From the human T2T-CHM13v2.0 reference genome, Homo sapiens, in NCBI RefSeq assembly GCF_009914755.1, contig NC_060927.1: a stretch of DNA of 64,000 nt; one strand, written 5' to 3'. A program made the translations under genes and the position numbers. The first letter of the stretch is position 1. Every line of letters begins with the position of its first letter. Shown here piece by piece: positions 26,026 to 42,198 of this stretch. The notes beneath the pieces are model-generated. The model ran no database searches, was not told the DNA's origin, and worked only from the letters and a program-made list of their open reading frames with translations.

Positions 26026-26059
26026 TGTTTGTGACTTTGGGGGAAGTATTTAATATTGC

Positions 26060-26195
26060 TAAGGTTAACATTTCTTCAATGTCTGGTTAATATAGTACTT
26101 ATCTCACAAGCTTGTTATGAGAGTATACAATGAAGAAAGTGCTGAATACAATACCTGTTATATGGTGTGATTCAAAAAACCTCAGCTCTATTATA
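26060..26195 (+). mobile_element. MIR 3' part
   Basis: ATAGTACTTATCTCACAAGCTTGTTATGAG...AAAGTGCTGAATACAATACCTG. Confidence 0.6.
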
Positions 26196-26349
26196 CCTAT
26201 TTCCTGAACTGGATTTTAAACATTTAGAAGTTAGGGAATAATTTAAACTTTTAATGTTTCCTTACTTTTTTACATTGCCATTGCTTATTATCCTGATTTC
26301 AAAATGAATTACTGGTTTGAAAACAAAATTTTCTGGAGAAAATGTCTTT

Positions 26350-27420
26350 GACATCCTCCTGATACCAAACTCTATAGCCATTTTTATGCCCTATTATCCT
26401 GGTATTTCTTCAGCCTTTGTACTGAAAAAGACTACCACAATTTAAAAAAATTCCTCTCTTATTTTCTGTATACCCAGATTTCCAGTTTTCCTCTGAATTT
26501 TACTTCTCTGCTTCTGTTGCTCCTATTCTTGTTTTGAAACATTAAATATTGGGGGGAAGAACCACTTCAGGTTATGGTTCACGGTCCTCATTTCTCTTAG
26601 TCATCTACTCAACCATATCATCCAAACCCCAGGTTTATATATTAACTATATGCAGATTAATTTCAGATCCTCAGCTCTAGATTCTCTCCTAAGCTCTAGA
26701 CTTTCAACTTCTATTACCTCCCAGAAATTGCTTTCCAAATACTTTGCTAGTTCCACAAACCCAATTTTATGAGACAATTTCAGCCTTCTCTAATATTTTG
26801 TCTCAACCCTTATGTCTTTCAGCTTTTAGATTTTTATAAATACCACCATCATTCTATCAGCTATATAGGATTGAACTCTAGCAATATTGTTAACTTGGGG
26901 ATAGAACTAAACATTTGCAAAAAAATAAAAGTGAATTAGAGAGAGGGATGCACCAAAATAAAAACAGATACATAAAAAATTTATTACTTTGAAAATTAGA
27001 CTTTTAATAATTTATTAATACATTGAACATATGTTTAGTGAAAAAGCACTAAATGGTAACATTGAGGATATACATCAGGCATATTCCAACATAATGAAAA
27101 TTAACCATAAAGCTTAGGAGAAACAAGCAAACAGGAAATTACAAAGCATATTGTTAAGTGCAAAGAAAATGCTCTAGGAACATGTATGATGGACACTTCA
27201 CGCAGTCTTGGAAACTTGGGCAATGCTTGCCAGATAACCTAAGATATGAAAAGAACCATGCATTAGGTTGAAAAGAGGAAAAAGATGCTCCTGGCAGAAG
27301 CAACAATATGATAAGAAAAAAAGGTTCACTAAAGTATACTAAATTGTGTCTTAGTATCAGAGACAGTTCAATAAGATTGGTTCATCTTTCTCAAAGGAGA
27401 GTGAGATATGGCAAGAGAGC
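26350..27420. mobile_element. Two degenerate L2 fragments (+ at about 26350-26895; - at about 27005-27420)
   Basis: Pyrimidine-rich L2 motifs (ACTATATGCAGATTAATTTCAGAT...) followed by a purine-rich antisense L2 3' end. Confidence 0.5.
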
Positions 27421-30160
27421 TCACACAGAGTATTCACCTTTTATCATATCTCTATAGTCCCTATTATATGCATTAAATTTATCTATGATCTCATTATAAT
27501 GTCACTCTATATAAATCATAATTGATAAAATATTATATTCCTGGTTCCATACATTGATAAGTGTTTTCAAAAATCTGAAGGAGATACAGTCTGGTAAAAA
27601 TATAAGTGACCATGTAACATTTAGAAAAGTAAGTCTGCATAATTTTCTAAATCTCTTTTGAACTCTGCATCTTTTTATAATACAATTACTTGATGAAAGG
27701 AAGGTGGCATTTTAAGCTCCTTTTCATAATTCTATGCAACATTACAGCAAAGGTCTGTGCAGAAGATCAAAAGTGATCTTCAATGTAGGAAACTATTTTG
27801 TCATGCTAGAAAGCTTGTTTGTAGTTGTCGTGAAATGCCAATAGTGACTTAGAATGCTATTTCATGCTCAGCAATTTTAAAGAAAATATTAAATTTGTCC
27901 CAGTTAAAAAATTGGCCTTTAGCCAAAAGTTACAGCTAGTTCAAAATAAGGAAAAGGTATTCTTGCAAACATTTTTGTGCTGTATTTCAAGGCAGGCATT
28001 ATTGTGTTAGGACATATTAATTGATCAGATAGAATGAGAGGATGGTGCTTTACCCACAGCTACAAAGGGAAGAGGAGGGAGAGAGAGGGAGAGAAGGGAA
28101 AAGATTTTTTTTTGGCATAATATTGTGTCAACAACAGCCTTGGATGTCCCTCAGATTATTCCTGGACATTGTTTACACATGTTGATCATCTGTACCAAGA
28201 TAAAATAATGATGCTGAAATTATTGTCTAAATGGTAAAGGAAACCACAGCTAATGCAAGATAATGTGTTGCTACAAAAAGCAATTTATTTACCAACTTAT
28301 TTAGAACATTTTCTAGAAGCATGGTTACAAACAATCCATGAAAGTAACACATAATGATGTTTTAGTGGAAGCACATGCTTATTAAAACGCTAACTCTGCT
28401 TCTCTCCAAGCCTTGAAGCATTTTGCATATTTGGTTGGCTATTACATTTAATTGTGAAACTATAGTTTTCCAATTGTGAAACTATAGTTTTAATTACTTA
28501 GAAATATAATTGAGAATCATCAAAAAGTCCAGTCTAAACATGAAAATGCATTTATACCACTAAAATTATGATTCTGTATTTTAATTAACATAAATAATAT
28601 AACTTTCTAAGTTATATTGATACATTTCAAGTTCTTATGAGATTAACTTCTTAGTTTTTATTGTGTACGATTGCGTAAAGGTAACTTAAAGTGTGATGCC
28701 ATTTGGTTAACCTAAACAAGAGTAGGATGGCTGAAAGGAATATTATGGATTCAGAGTAGCCTTTCAGAGGCTTATCTTTGCATTTAAAATGATATAATTT
28801 TGTTTAGCACAATGAACTCTTAAGAAAAAAAATACTTTAAAAATAAAAATTGCTCTATGTCACTAATTTTACTCGAGCATTGTAAATCTAATAAATTTCT
28901 ATATATAATGATTAATGTTGTTCACCTCTCTATGTGCAGATATACTTGCAAAGTGAAACTTATTTTAGTCATGACTTTAAATTTTATGCAAATAAAAAAC
29001 AAATTAATTTATCCACAATACTTTAATTAAATGGGTTAAAACAATCTTATTATTGATTACTTATAAGTACCCTGCACACACTGTATGCAATTCTTCAAAC
29101 TGTGTTCTAAAGCACACACTTGCATAGGATGGGTGAGAATTGATATTCTAAGTCTTGTGTATTAGTTTAAATAGTAAACCTAAATATAATATGTTTTATC
29201 TTAAATATGAGTTAAATTAATATTTAAAAACAGGATACAGTTGAGAATAACAATTTGTTAAACTGATTAGCTAGGCTGAAAAATCTAGAAAAAATGAGAA
29301 TAATTCAACTTGATCACATTATATCTGAATAACTTCTCATTTTCTCTTAAACTGTTACATTTGCTGTTTTATGAACTATAATATGGAATATCTTATTTAC
29401 ATATTTCTATTACTGACATGTAAAAATGATATTCCTCTTAAGTGGTCAAAGTTGCAAGGACAAATACTGAAATACGATTTTGCATTAGAATATGTAATCG
29501 GTTCCTTTAGGATAATCTTGATTCTAGTTGTTGCACGCAGTTGAAAAGGTTTGTTGCATTCGTTGTTGAAAGGTTAAAAGTAGTATTGCTAGGTAAAGCT
29601 ATGCTTAATTTATCATGTACTCAAGGGGCTCTTTTAGGCTGACGTACTGCTTAGATATGATCTTGTTTGACTGTATTTATTTTGCAATTGAAATTAATCC
29701 TTTTGTATTGGATGACTTTTATGATAGAAGAATGAGGGAATCAAGACCTTTTTGGAACATTTGGGTATATACGTGTGTATATATCCATGCATACATAAAT
29801 ATGATGAAACGTTCTATTTGTTTTACTGTATCAGAGATCATTTTATCCACCAAATTTCTAATTTCTTTAACATATTTGACTCATGGCTTTTAAATACCTA
29901 AACTAACATTAAGTGTGGAATTTATGCGCAGAAAAATGTTAAGATGTGGGTGACTAAATTATCAACTGAACCAAAAAGAATAACAAAAATAAGCCAGCAA
30001 AATATCATTTATTGCGGATTTGAGATCAAATCTGCAAATCAATACATTTAGGTAAAGTGAATCAAATAATTGAGGTTTACTACAAAGGACAGGATTGTTT
30101 TCTACCACAGATACTAAACCATTATATTATAAAGGCTAGTAAATGTGTTTCCTCCTTGGG

Positions 30161-30232
30161 ACTCCAAATTGCACATAGTGACCCTTTGAGAGTAAGTACT
30201 CCAAATTGCACAAAGTGACCCTTTGAGTAAGT
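30161..30232. repeat. About 37-bp tandem duplication
   Basis: ACTCCAAATTGCACA(T/A)AGTGACCCTTTGAG(AG)TAAGT twice. Confidence 0.95.
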
Positions 30233-30454
30233 ACTCAGAACATAATGACATAATTAAAGACTTTCTATAATTTTCCATTCGCTTGACATTAGAATTAGTA
30301 TGTTCTTTTTTAAAGGTACACATGCACACATACAAAGAGATGCTACTACCAATTGAACAGTTATTTATGCCAAAACTAAGTAATGAAATAAAATGCATCT
30401 ATATTTTTCAGAAGGAAAGAAGATTCAAGAGAATTGCATTGTCCTTCAATGCTG

Positions 30455-30744
30455 TTTTTTTTTTTTTTTTTTTTTTTGAGAGGGAGTCTCGCTCTGTCGC
30501 CCAGGCGTGATCTCGGCTCACTGCAAGCTCCGCCTGCCGGTTTCCCGCCATTCTCCTGCCTCAGCCTCCAGAGTAGCTGGGACTACAGGCGCCCGCCACC
30601 ACGCCTGGCTAATTTTTTGTGTTTTTAGTAGAGACGGGTTTTCACCGTGTTAGCCAGGATGGTCTCGATCTCCTGACCTTGTGATCCGCCCACCTCGGCC
30701 TCCCAAAGTGCTGGGATTACAGGCGTGAGCCACCGCGCCCGGTC
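30455..30744 (-). mobile_element. AluY with a 14-bp internal deletion
   Basis: AluY-type GCAAGCTCCGCC, CGCCATTCTCC, CCGTGTTAGCCAGGATGG; TSD TCAATGCTGTTTT at 30446 and 30745. Confidence 0.95.
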
Positions 30745-31179
30745 TCAATGCTGTTTTAAAAATGTACTTTGCTCCTCTGGATATAGTGTTTGGAGTCGTG
30801 TCTTTTATACCTGTGGGTCGCTGCAGCTCCCAAAGACAACACCTAGAACCAGAGGTTCAGTCACAAACACCTTACACAAGAGCTTGTTGCTGATACTACA
30901 TCTTCTTACTATTTGCATCATGAGTTCCTTTCTCAAGTAAATTCTTCTCAATGGCATTCAAACATTTTCTCATCTTTAATAAGATGATGCTATTCAAACC
31001 AATTGTCTATATTGATGTCTCCACTTTCTCATTTCCCATTCTTCTTTTTTTCTGTATTTATATATTGTTGTGATTACTAAGACTATACACAAATTCTTGA
31101 AAAATCATATAATGTACATGCCTTTCTTCAGACTACTGTCTACAGACTACAAAGTAACACAATGTAAATAATATATTTG

Positions 31180-33150
31180 CTTCCCATCTTTTTCATTATG
31201 AAAACAAACTACAAATAAAGTTGAAATTTCATGCGGGTTTCTTTCCCAGTTCTAGTACCCGTGTAGTTCTCCAAAAACAACTACCATCATAAATCAGCCA
31301 TATAACCAGGAAATATATATATGTTTATATGTGGGCGTGTGTATGCACTCACACGTATACACCTATATATGCATACACATACACATGTATGCATGCACAC
31401 ATGCCTGCCCATGTACCCACACACAGAGACGCATTTTAAAGATGAGGAAACTTGAACAATTAGAAACAGAGTGTTTACAAAGCTTCCTGAAGGTCACAGA
31501 ACTAGTTATTGATGGTATCAATATTCAAATACCATCTCACTCAGGAGTTCATGCACTTAACCAATACTTCATGTTAAATTAATATTTGAAACTACTTCTT
31601 GTGCATCTCTTTAATAAAACTCATTAGATGCATGCCATATACCATCAACTTTACTGGAAAATGACAAATATCTTCACTAAGAGATTGTACTAATTAATAT
31701 TTGAGAGAGCAATTATATACAAATTTCTCTTTTCCTACCACATTGTTGCACTCAGAATGTAGATTTTAGATTTTAACCAATCCAAATGTGCGAAATAATT
31801 TTTGTTTTAATTGGACTTTCTTCAATAATTAGAGGTTGACACCTTGTAATATTTTCAATTTCCTCTTCTCTGAATTGCATATGTATTACCTTTGATAATT
31901 ATTTGTTTCTAGTTTTTTCTAATTTGTAGAAATTTCTTTTTATATGCTCTTAATTTTATTCCTCTATTTTATATGCTGAAAATATCTCCATTCACTTTGT
32001 ACCTTTTCTTCGAAAATAGACTTTATGTTTCCTTTGTCATAATATGTTCTATGATTAAATTTAATAAAATTACTATTTTATTTTATGAATTCTGTCTTTT
32101 TATTGTATAAAAGAACACTGATAAGTTCTCCAATTGCTTTTTAGTTTTTAACTTCACTATTTTTCCTTACTTCATTAGCAAGTTATTTAATTGTAAATTG
32201 TAAGAAAGGTATCAATTTCTCTATCCTTTTCAATTTATCAAATATTTATATATAGTTAGGTCCTAGAATAGATACATAGATTATAAAACAGAATGAATGT
32301 AGAGTTCACAATCTGGTCTAATAATATGTAGTAACTGGAAATTGAGGAGGAAGAAGGAGTAGTAATTACATTGTTGGCTACAGATCAAGGAATTCATCAA
32401 CCTTTAATTTTCTAAGTTATATTACCATGCATTGATTTTGAATTTTATTTTTTTCTACAACCATTTAAATAAACAGGTGTTTTATTTATTTTCCTTAAAT
32501 AGGTTAATACAGACAGAGTTTTCATATTGGGTGTCTTTGTTTACCTGAATTAAGCTATTCTTGGTTATTATGTTTTAAACATCTTACTGCAGAGCTCAAT
32601 TTATTTGTTAACATGTTATTTCAGGAGATTTTAAAATATTTTAAGTGAAATTAATGTACCTATTTCTTATAATGTACTATGTTATTTTGCTTTTAAGATT
32701 TTAATACCGTGTACTGAGTTGAATGGCTTTTTCTCCTTTTCTATTTTCTGAAATAGTTTGTAGAAAATATGAATTATTTGCATATTCAGGTGCAATCAAC
32801 TTACCTGCAATATTATTTGGACCAATATTTCTTAGGGGAAAGACTTTTTAAAACTGTGATTTATTGTATTCAGTGTTCTTAATATTCGTTGGTTTTCCTC
32901 TTTCCACTTTGATTTTTTCCTCTAAAATTCACAAGTTTTCATCTATGTTTTGAAGTATGTTTGCAATACTTTCTATTTTTAATTTAACAAATAGTTATTT
33001 AGAGTCTCATATGTGTCTAGCATTCACCTATATGTTTAGAGACTTTATGAACTTATGGCCTCCTTTTTACTTATATTGTTATTAATGTCTCTCTCTACCT
33101 CTCAGTCAACCAATCTTGCTTTAATTTTGCTTACTAGTAAATGTTTATAT
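31180..33150 (-). mobile_element. Fragmented ancient L1ME with a MIR at about 31430-31570
   Basis: T-rich antisense ORF2 motifs (CTATTTTCTGAAATAGTTTGTAGAA); MIR core TTTTAAAGATGAGGAAACTTGA...AAGGTCACAGAACTAGT. Confidence 0.55.
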
Positions 33151-33513
33151 GAATACACATTTGATGTTCTTTACCATATGATGAATAAGATAAATAACAC
33201 ACACAGCATGTCTCCAAAAATCAAGCTTTTTATTTAGGAAAGCAATTTAGAGTAATAGATAAGTAGGTAACTAGATAGGTAGACTTATCAATCAATCAAC
33301 CAATATATAGATGATAGATAATATTAAAAAATCAGCAGGAGTAGTTTAGAAAATGATTCCTGGAGATGAAGAAATATAGGATAAGTTAACAACATAGAAA
33401 GGATTCCTATACTATAAAACTTTAATGACCTAGAGGAAACAAGCAAATTGATGCAAAAGAGATTTAGAGATTTAGAGAAACGTTTTATTTAAAGGAAAAG
33501 AGAAAAAGTGGTG

Positions 33514-33974
33514 CTGATTTCTGTGTATTCAACTTGTTTTTTTTTTTTTTCAGATTCCTTATGTAAGTGAAATCATGTAGTGTTTTTCTTTCTGTGTCTG
33601 ACTGATTTCACTTTTCATAATGTCTTGAATAGAATGGTGGTTCTCAGAGTTGGGGACAGGAGAGGAAATGAGATGTAGGTCAAAAGGTACAATCTTGTAG
33701 TTAGGTAGAATTAAGTAAGTGTAGCAATCTAATGCATAGCAGAAAGACTACAGTTGTATTGTATACTGAAAAATTTCTGAGAGTCAATTTTTAAGTGGAT
33801 TTACCACACACATAAAAAACAAGTAACTATGGAAGGTGATGAATATGTTAAATTGCTTACTTACTGTCATTATTTCACTATCCATATATGTGTGTATATA
33901 TATATACAAACACATATACATATATATATTACAACACATCATGTTGTACACCTTAAATTTATACAATAATAAAA
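33514..33974 (+). mobile_element. L1MA 3' end with an inverted 5' segment (33514-33625 antisense; 33626-33974 sense)
   Basis: Antisense GATTCCTTATGTAAGTGAAATCATGTAGT joined to sense GAATAGAATGGTGGTT...TGTACACCTTAAATTTATACAATAATAAAA. Confidence 0.8.
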
Positions 33975-34423
33975 GAGTTTCTGCTAAAAATGACAGTATA
34001 TTTTCTAAATATTCCATGATTATCTAATGGTATGGAGGAATGATCTCAAAATTTTGTTGCAATAGAAAGCTTTGTCATTATAATATATTAATGATACACT
34101 GACAGGGGAACAAGCTTAGAATGAAACATAAAAGGACACCGTACTCACAAAAATATTGCAAAGCAAATAAGTTAGCATTTTCCTAAAGTATATATAGATA
34201 TGTTCTTTATCTTTTTTTTTTAATTGTACTTTAAGTTCTGGGTTACGTATGCAGAATGGGCAGTTTTGTTACAGAGGTGTACAAGTGCCCTGGTGGTTTG
34301 CTGCACCCATCAACCCATCATCTACATTTGACATTTCTCCTAATGTGATCCCTCCTCTAGGCCCTACCTCCCGACAGGCCCCAGTGTGATGTTCCCCTCC
34401 TTGTGTCCATGTGTTCTCATTGT

Positions 34424-38041
<3,618 letters not shown>

Positions 38042-38104
38042 TATGATCCTAGCTGGTTGTTTTGCCCCTTAATTAATGCAATTTCTTCACAGTGTCGATG
38101 TTCT

Positions 38105-38698
38105 TTACAATTTGGTATGTTTTCGCAGTGGCTGGTACCAGTTGTTCCTTTCCATGTTTAGTGCTTCCTTCAGGAGCTCTTGTAAGGCACGACTGGGGGT
38201 GACAGAATCTCTCAGCATTTGCTTGTCTGTATAGGATTTTATTTCTCCTTCGCTTATGAAGCTTAGTTTGGCTGGATATGAAATTCTGGATTGAAAATTA
38301 TTTTCTTTAAGAATGTTGAATATTGGCCCCCACTCTCTTCTGGCTTGCAGAGTTTCTGCAGAGAGATCTGCTGTTAGTCTGATGGACTTCTCTTTGTGGG
38401 AAACCCAACCTTTCTCTCTGGTTGCCCTTAATATTTTTTCCTTCATTTCTACCTTGGTGAGTCTAACGATTATGTGTCTTGGAGTTGCTCTTCTTGAGGA
38501 GTATCTTTGTAGTGTTCTCTGAATTTTAATGGTGGTCTGTCTTGCTAGGTTGGGATGTTCTCCTGGATAATATCCTGAAGAGTGTTTCCCAACTTGGTTC
38601 CATTCTCCCCATCTCTTTCAGGGACACCAGTCAAACATAGATTGGGCCTTTTCACATAGTCCCACATTTCTTGGAGGCTTTGTTCATTCCTTTTTATT
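38105..38698 (-). pseudogene. L1 ORF1 C-terminal remnant
   Basis: KEKILRATREKG...IRLTADLSAETLQARREWGPIFNILKE...RISYPAKLSFISEGEIK. Confidence 0.93.
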
Positions 38699-39044
38699 TA
38701 TCATTTTTTGACTTTATGATTTTACTTCTATGAGGTGAAGAATAATTACCTTGAATAAACTTAACTGTTTTTATAAAAAATGTTATCTAACTCGCCATGT
38801 TATGGCTATGTACCAGATCAAACCCAACAAAAGTTGGAAATATTCACAGATCATTTTTATGCTAAAATAAACATGCCAATATACCCCATCATAAATCTCA
38901 GGAAAGGTTTATCATGTCAACCTCTGAGAGATCGTGTGTTCTACATTGATAAATGAGGATGTGAAACTCTACCCCCAAAATTTAAATTGTGTTTTGAAAA
39001 AGATGAGTCATCTAAGTTTTACAGTGCACAAAACGCAAGTTCCC

Positions 39045-39353
39045 TCCAGGCATGATGGCTCACCCCTGTAATCCCAGCACTTTGAGAGACCAAGGCATGA
39101 AGATCACTTTAGCACAGGAATTTAAACCAGCCTGGGCAACATAGGGAGACCTCGTCACTACCAGACAAAAAAAGACAACAAAAAATTAGCCAGACATGGT
39201 GGTGTGTGCTTGTAGTGCTAGCTATCTGGGAGGCTGAAGCAGGAGGATAGATTGAGGCCAGGAGGTTGAGGCTGCAGTAAGTCGTGATTATGCCACTGCA
39301 CTCTAGCCTGGGTTACAGAGTGATACTCTTGTCTTAAAAGGCAAAAAACACAC

Positions 39354-39392
<39 letters not shown>

Positions 39393-39397
39393 CAAAG
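39045..39397 (+). mobile_element. AluJ with a (CA)n-converted tail (about 39357-39388)
   Basis: Dimeric Alu, J-type AGGAGGTTGAGGCTGCAGT; TSD-like CAAGTTCC on both sides. Confidence 0.93.
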
Positions 39398-40687
39398 GGA
39401 CAAGTTCCTTCTAAAGGAACTTTACAAGGGAGGATATTTTTTCAGAGTTGCAGTAAATGAAAGAAGTAGCAGAAAATTAAGTACCACAACTATTCAGATT
39501 TGAGGTGATACATTAGATATTTTTCAAAGAATATGAGTTGAATATTTAGTCTGTCTCAGTTACTGTAATTGAATTATTAGTCCTCAAACTTCCTCATAAT
39601 TAGAATTGCATCTCAATGTTAATAATGTACCTCCTTAATTTTAATTTCTATTTCTTTATAAGTGTGACATACAAACATTTTAATGGGAATATAATTTTAA
39701 AGTCATTTAAAAACATATAGCTGATAAATATTAGAAATATTTTGCTGCAATATAGCATCTCTCATATGTATTAGTTTTTTTAAGTTAAATATGAAATTCT
39801 CCCTCTGCAAAGACAGATAGGCTTTAAATTATCCAATAGGTAAACACGATTACAGTGGACTAGCTTTCAGCTCAGTGAAAGCTACTTGTGTTGACCTAGA
39901 TATTTCTTTGTCCCAACCTAAGATACCTGAATTTGAAGGTGTGTCTGGAGCAACTTATCAGGGTAAGCACAGAATATATAATGCTGTAGGTAAGCATGCT
40001 GCATATTTAACATTGCACATGACAAGGATAATTGATTTTTCTTAAGAACTATTTGCAGAAAAGGTACTTGGGCTTGAACTTCTTAAGTGATAGGGTAAAT
40101 TTTAAACTATTTCACATTTTAAAAATGTTGATAAGGCAATGGTCCATCAGGAATGGAACTAGCTGATACTGCCTACCAATATTTAAGAGGTAAATATCCA
40201 CCCTGAAGCCATGCTTAGGAGGGATGTTTCACAGTGTAGCTTTGAGAGAAATTCTTCAGAGAAGAGAGGCCGAGATGTATTTGACTTCAGTTCACTGGTC
40301 AGGCAAGCCTGAGGGTAAGACATGGGATTTAAATTGTATGTTAGCTTGAGGTTTTCATTGGGTTGAACTGAACTGCTAAAAAGAAACAACTCTTATAGCT
40401 AAGAATAATTGAAAAGCTATGGAGTATGCTCATAATGTTATCAAGTGGAGAGGGATGGATACTCAGTTGGTGCATGTGTAAAGTCTATGGAGAGAAAAAA
40501 AGTTTTCTAATTTATATTACCATGAATAGAGATTATTCGTAAATTACTGTGTTCATACCTGGAGAAATAGATTACTGGTTTAATTGCTGCATAGTTTTTC
40601 ATTATATGATTCACTTGAAACTCTAAAGGTTACAAAGTGTGTTTTGCCTTTACACATATACAATAGTTTGTTGAGAAGAAGTATCAT

Positions 40688-41400
40688 TGTATTATTCAGA
40701 ATTGTTTTATTATGCTATAATAACAAATTCCAAATCTCAGTGTCTTTTTTTTTTCTTGTTTAGTTTTTGAGACAGTCTTGCTCTGTGGCCCAGGCTGCAG
40801 TGCAGTACTGTGATCTCAGCTCACTGCAACCTCCGCCTCCCAGGATGAAGCAACTCTCGTGCCTCAGCCCCCTGAGTAGCTGGAACTACAGGCGTGCACC
40901 ACCACACCCAGCTAATTTTAGTATTTTTAACAGAGTTGGGGTTTCACCATGTTGATCAGGCTGGTCTCAAATTCCTGACCTCAGGTGATCCACCCACCTA
41001 AGCCTCCAAAAGTGCTGAGATTACAGCTGTGAGCCCCTGTGCTCAGCCCTCATTGTCTTAAAACAACATACATTTTTACTAAGTCTAGTATGATTTCAGA
41101 AAATTCTGCAAGACACTAGAGTCCACATAGCCACTTGTGATTCAAGATGTTCCCATAGCTGAATCTTTGAGCTGGAACATGCAGCTTCTTTTGTGTACAG
41201 AGCAAATACAGAGAACACTGGATTTTCATTTATAAGCCATTAAATGCCATGGATTGAAATAACAAATGACATTTCTACCCACAAACCCTTGGCCAGAAAG
41301 TCGCATGGCCCAACTTAAATATAAGGAGGGCAGAGAAGTACAATCACCATGTGCTGGGAAAAATCTAAAAATTGGATGATATTTAGCACTAGCAGTCATT
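40688..41400 (-). mobile_element. Old MLT1 (MLT1K/L-like) LTR interrupted by an Alu
   Basis: TATGCTATAATAACAAATTCCAAATCTCAGTGTCTTAAAACAACA once the Alu is removed; TTGGCCAGAAAGTCGCATGGCC. Confidence 0.65.
40745..41048 (-). mobile_element. AluS (Sx/Sz-like)
   Basis: CCTGACCTCAGGTGATCCACC; TSD CTCA(G/T)TGTCTT. Confidence 0.93.
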
Positions 41401-41850
41401 TTGTAGCCAGTTATTAGCTATGGCCACCCCTTTGAGTCATATATATTTTAAAATGTAATGACATGACCTAATTATTTTTTAAAGTATTGTATCAGTTCAT
41501 ACTTACACCAGAGGCATGAGTTACTATTAACTCAGTTTTACCAATCTTATTGTCATTTCAGCTTTCTGCTAGGCAGATCCATGTAACATGGTAACATATC
41601 TGTAAGGCATCCTCATTTCCTCTTCTACGAATTTCCTATCCATGTCTTCCACAAATTTTCCAGTGGTGTTTAAATTTGTTTATATTGGTACCAAGAACAC
41701 TCTGTACATTCTAACTACTAATGCTTTTTCTGCTCTATATGTTTAAATGACTTTTACCATTTGGTGTCTTTGCTTTTAATTTTGTTTTAAAGCCCATCAC
41801 TTGCATAGAAATATTTACTATTTTCTAGGGATATTTATTAAAAATCTCCT

Positions 41851-42198
41851 GGCTGGGTGCCATGGCTCCTTGCCTGTAATCCCAGCATTTTGTGAGGCTG
41901 AGGTGGGAGGACTGCTTAAGTCCAGGAGTTTGAGACCATCCTGGGCAACACAATGAGACCTTGTCTCTGTAAAAAAAAATTTAAAAATGTGCTGGACATG
42001 GTGGTGCATGCCTGCAGTCCCAGCTACTGGGTGGGGAGTGGGGAGGTTCGGTGCGGGGAGCATAGTAGGAGTGGGGACAGAGTAGAGGCTGAGGTGGAAG
42101 GATCGGTTGAGTCTGGGGTATGGACGCTTCAGTGACCCATCATCTTGCCATTGCACCCCAGCCTGGGAAACACAACAAGATTGATTCAAAAAGAAAAG
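41851..42198 (+). mobile_element. AluJ carrying an about 55-bp G-rich insertion
   Basis: Dimeric Alu; non-Alu sequence between CAGCTACTGG and GAGGCTGAGG. Confidence 0.9.

Noticed and set aside
20190-30236. Short direct repeats as a CRISPR-like array
   Set aside because: They are unrelated two-copy tandem duplications without spacers, in eukaryotic DNA.
30434-30628. Alu-derived ORFs (also 39218, 40767, 41818, 44288, 45334, 54100)
   Set aside because: Typical Alu translation artefacts.
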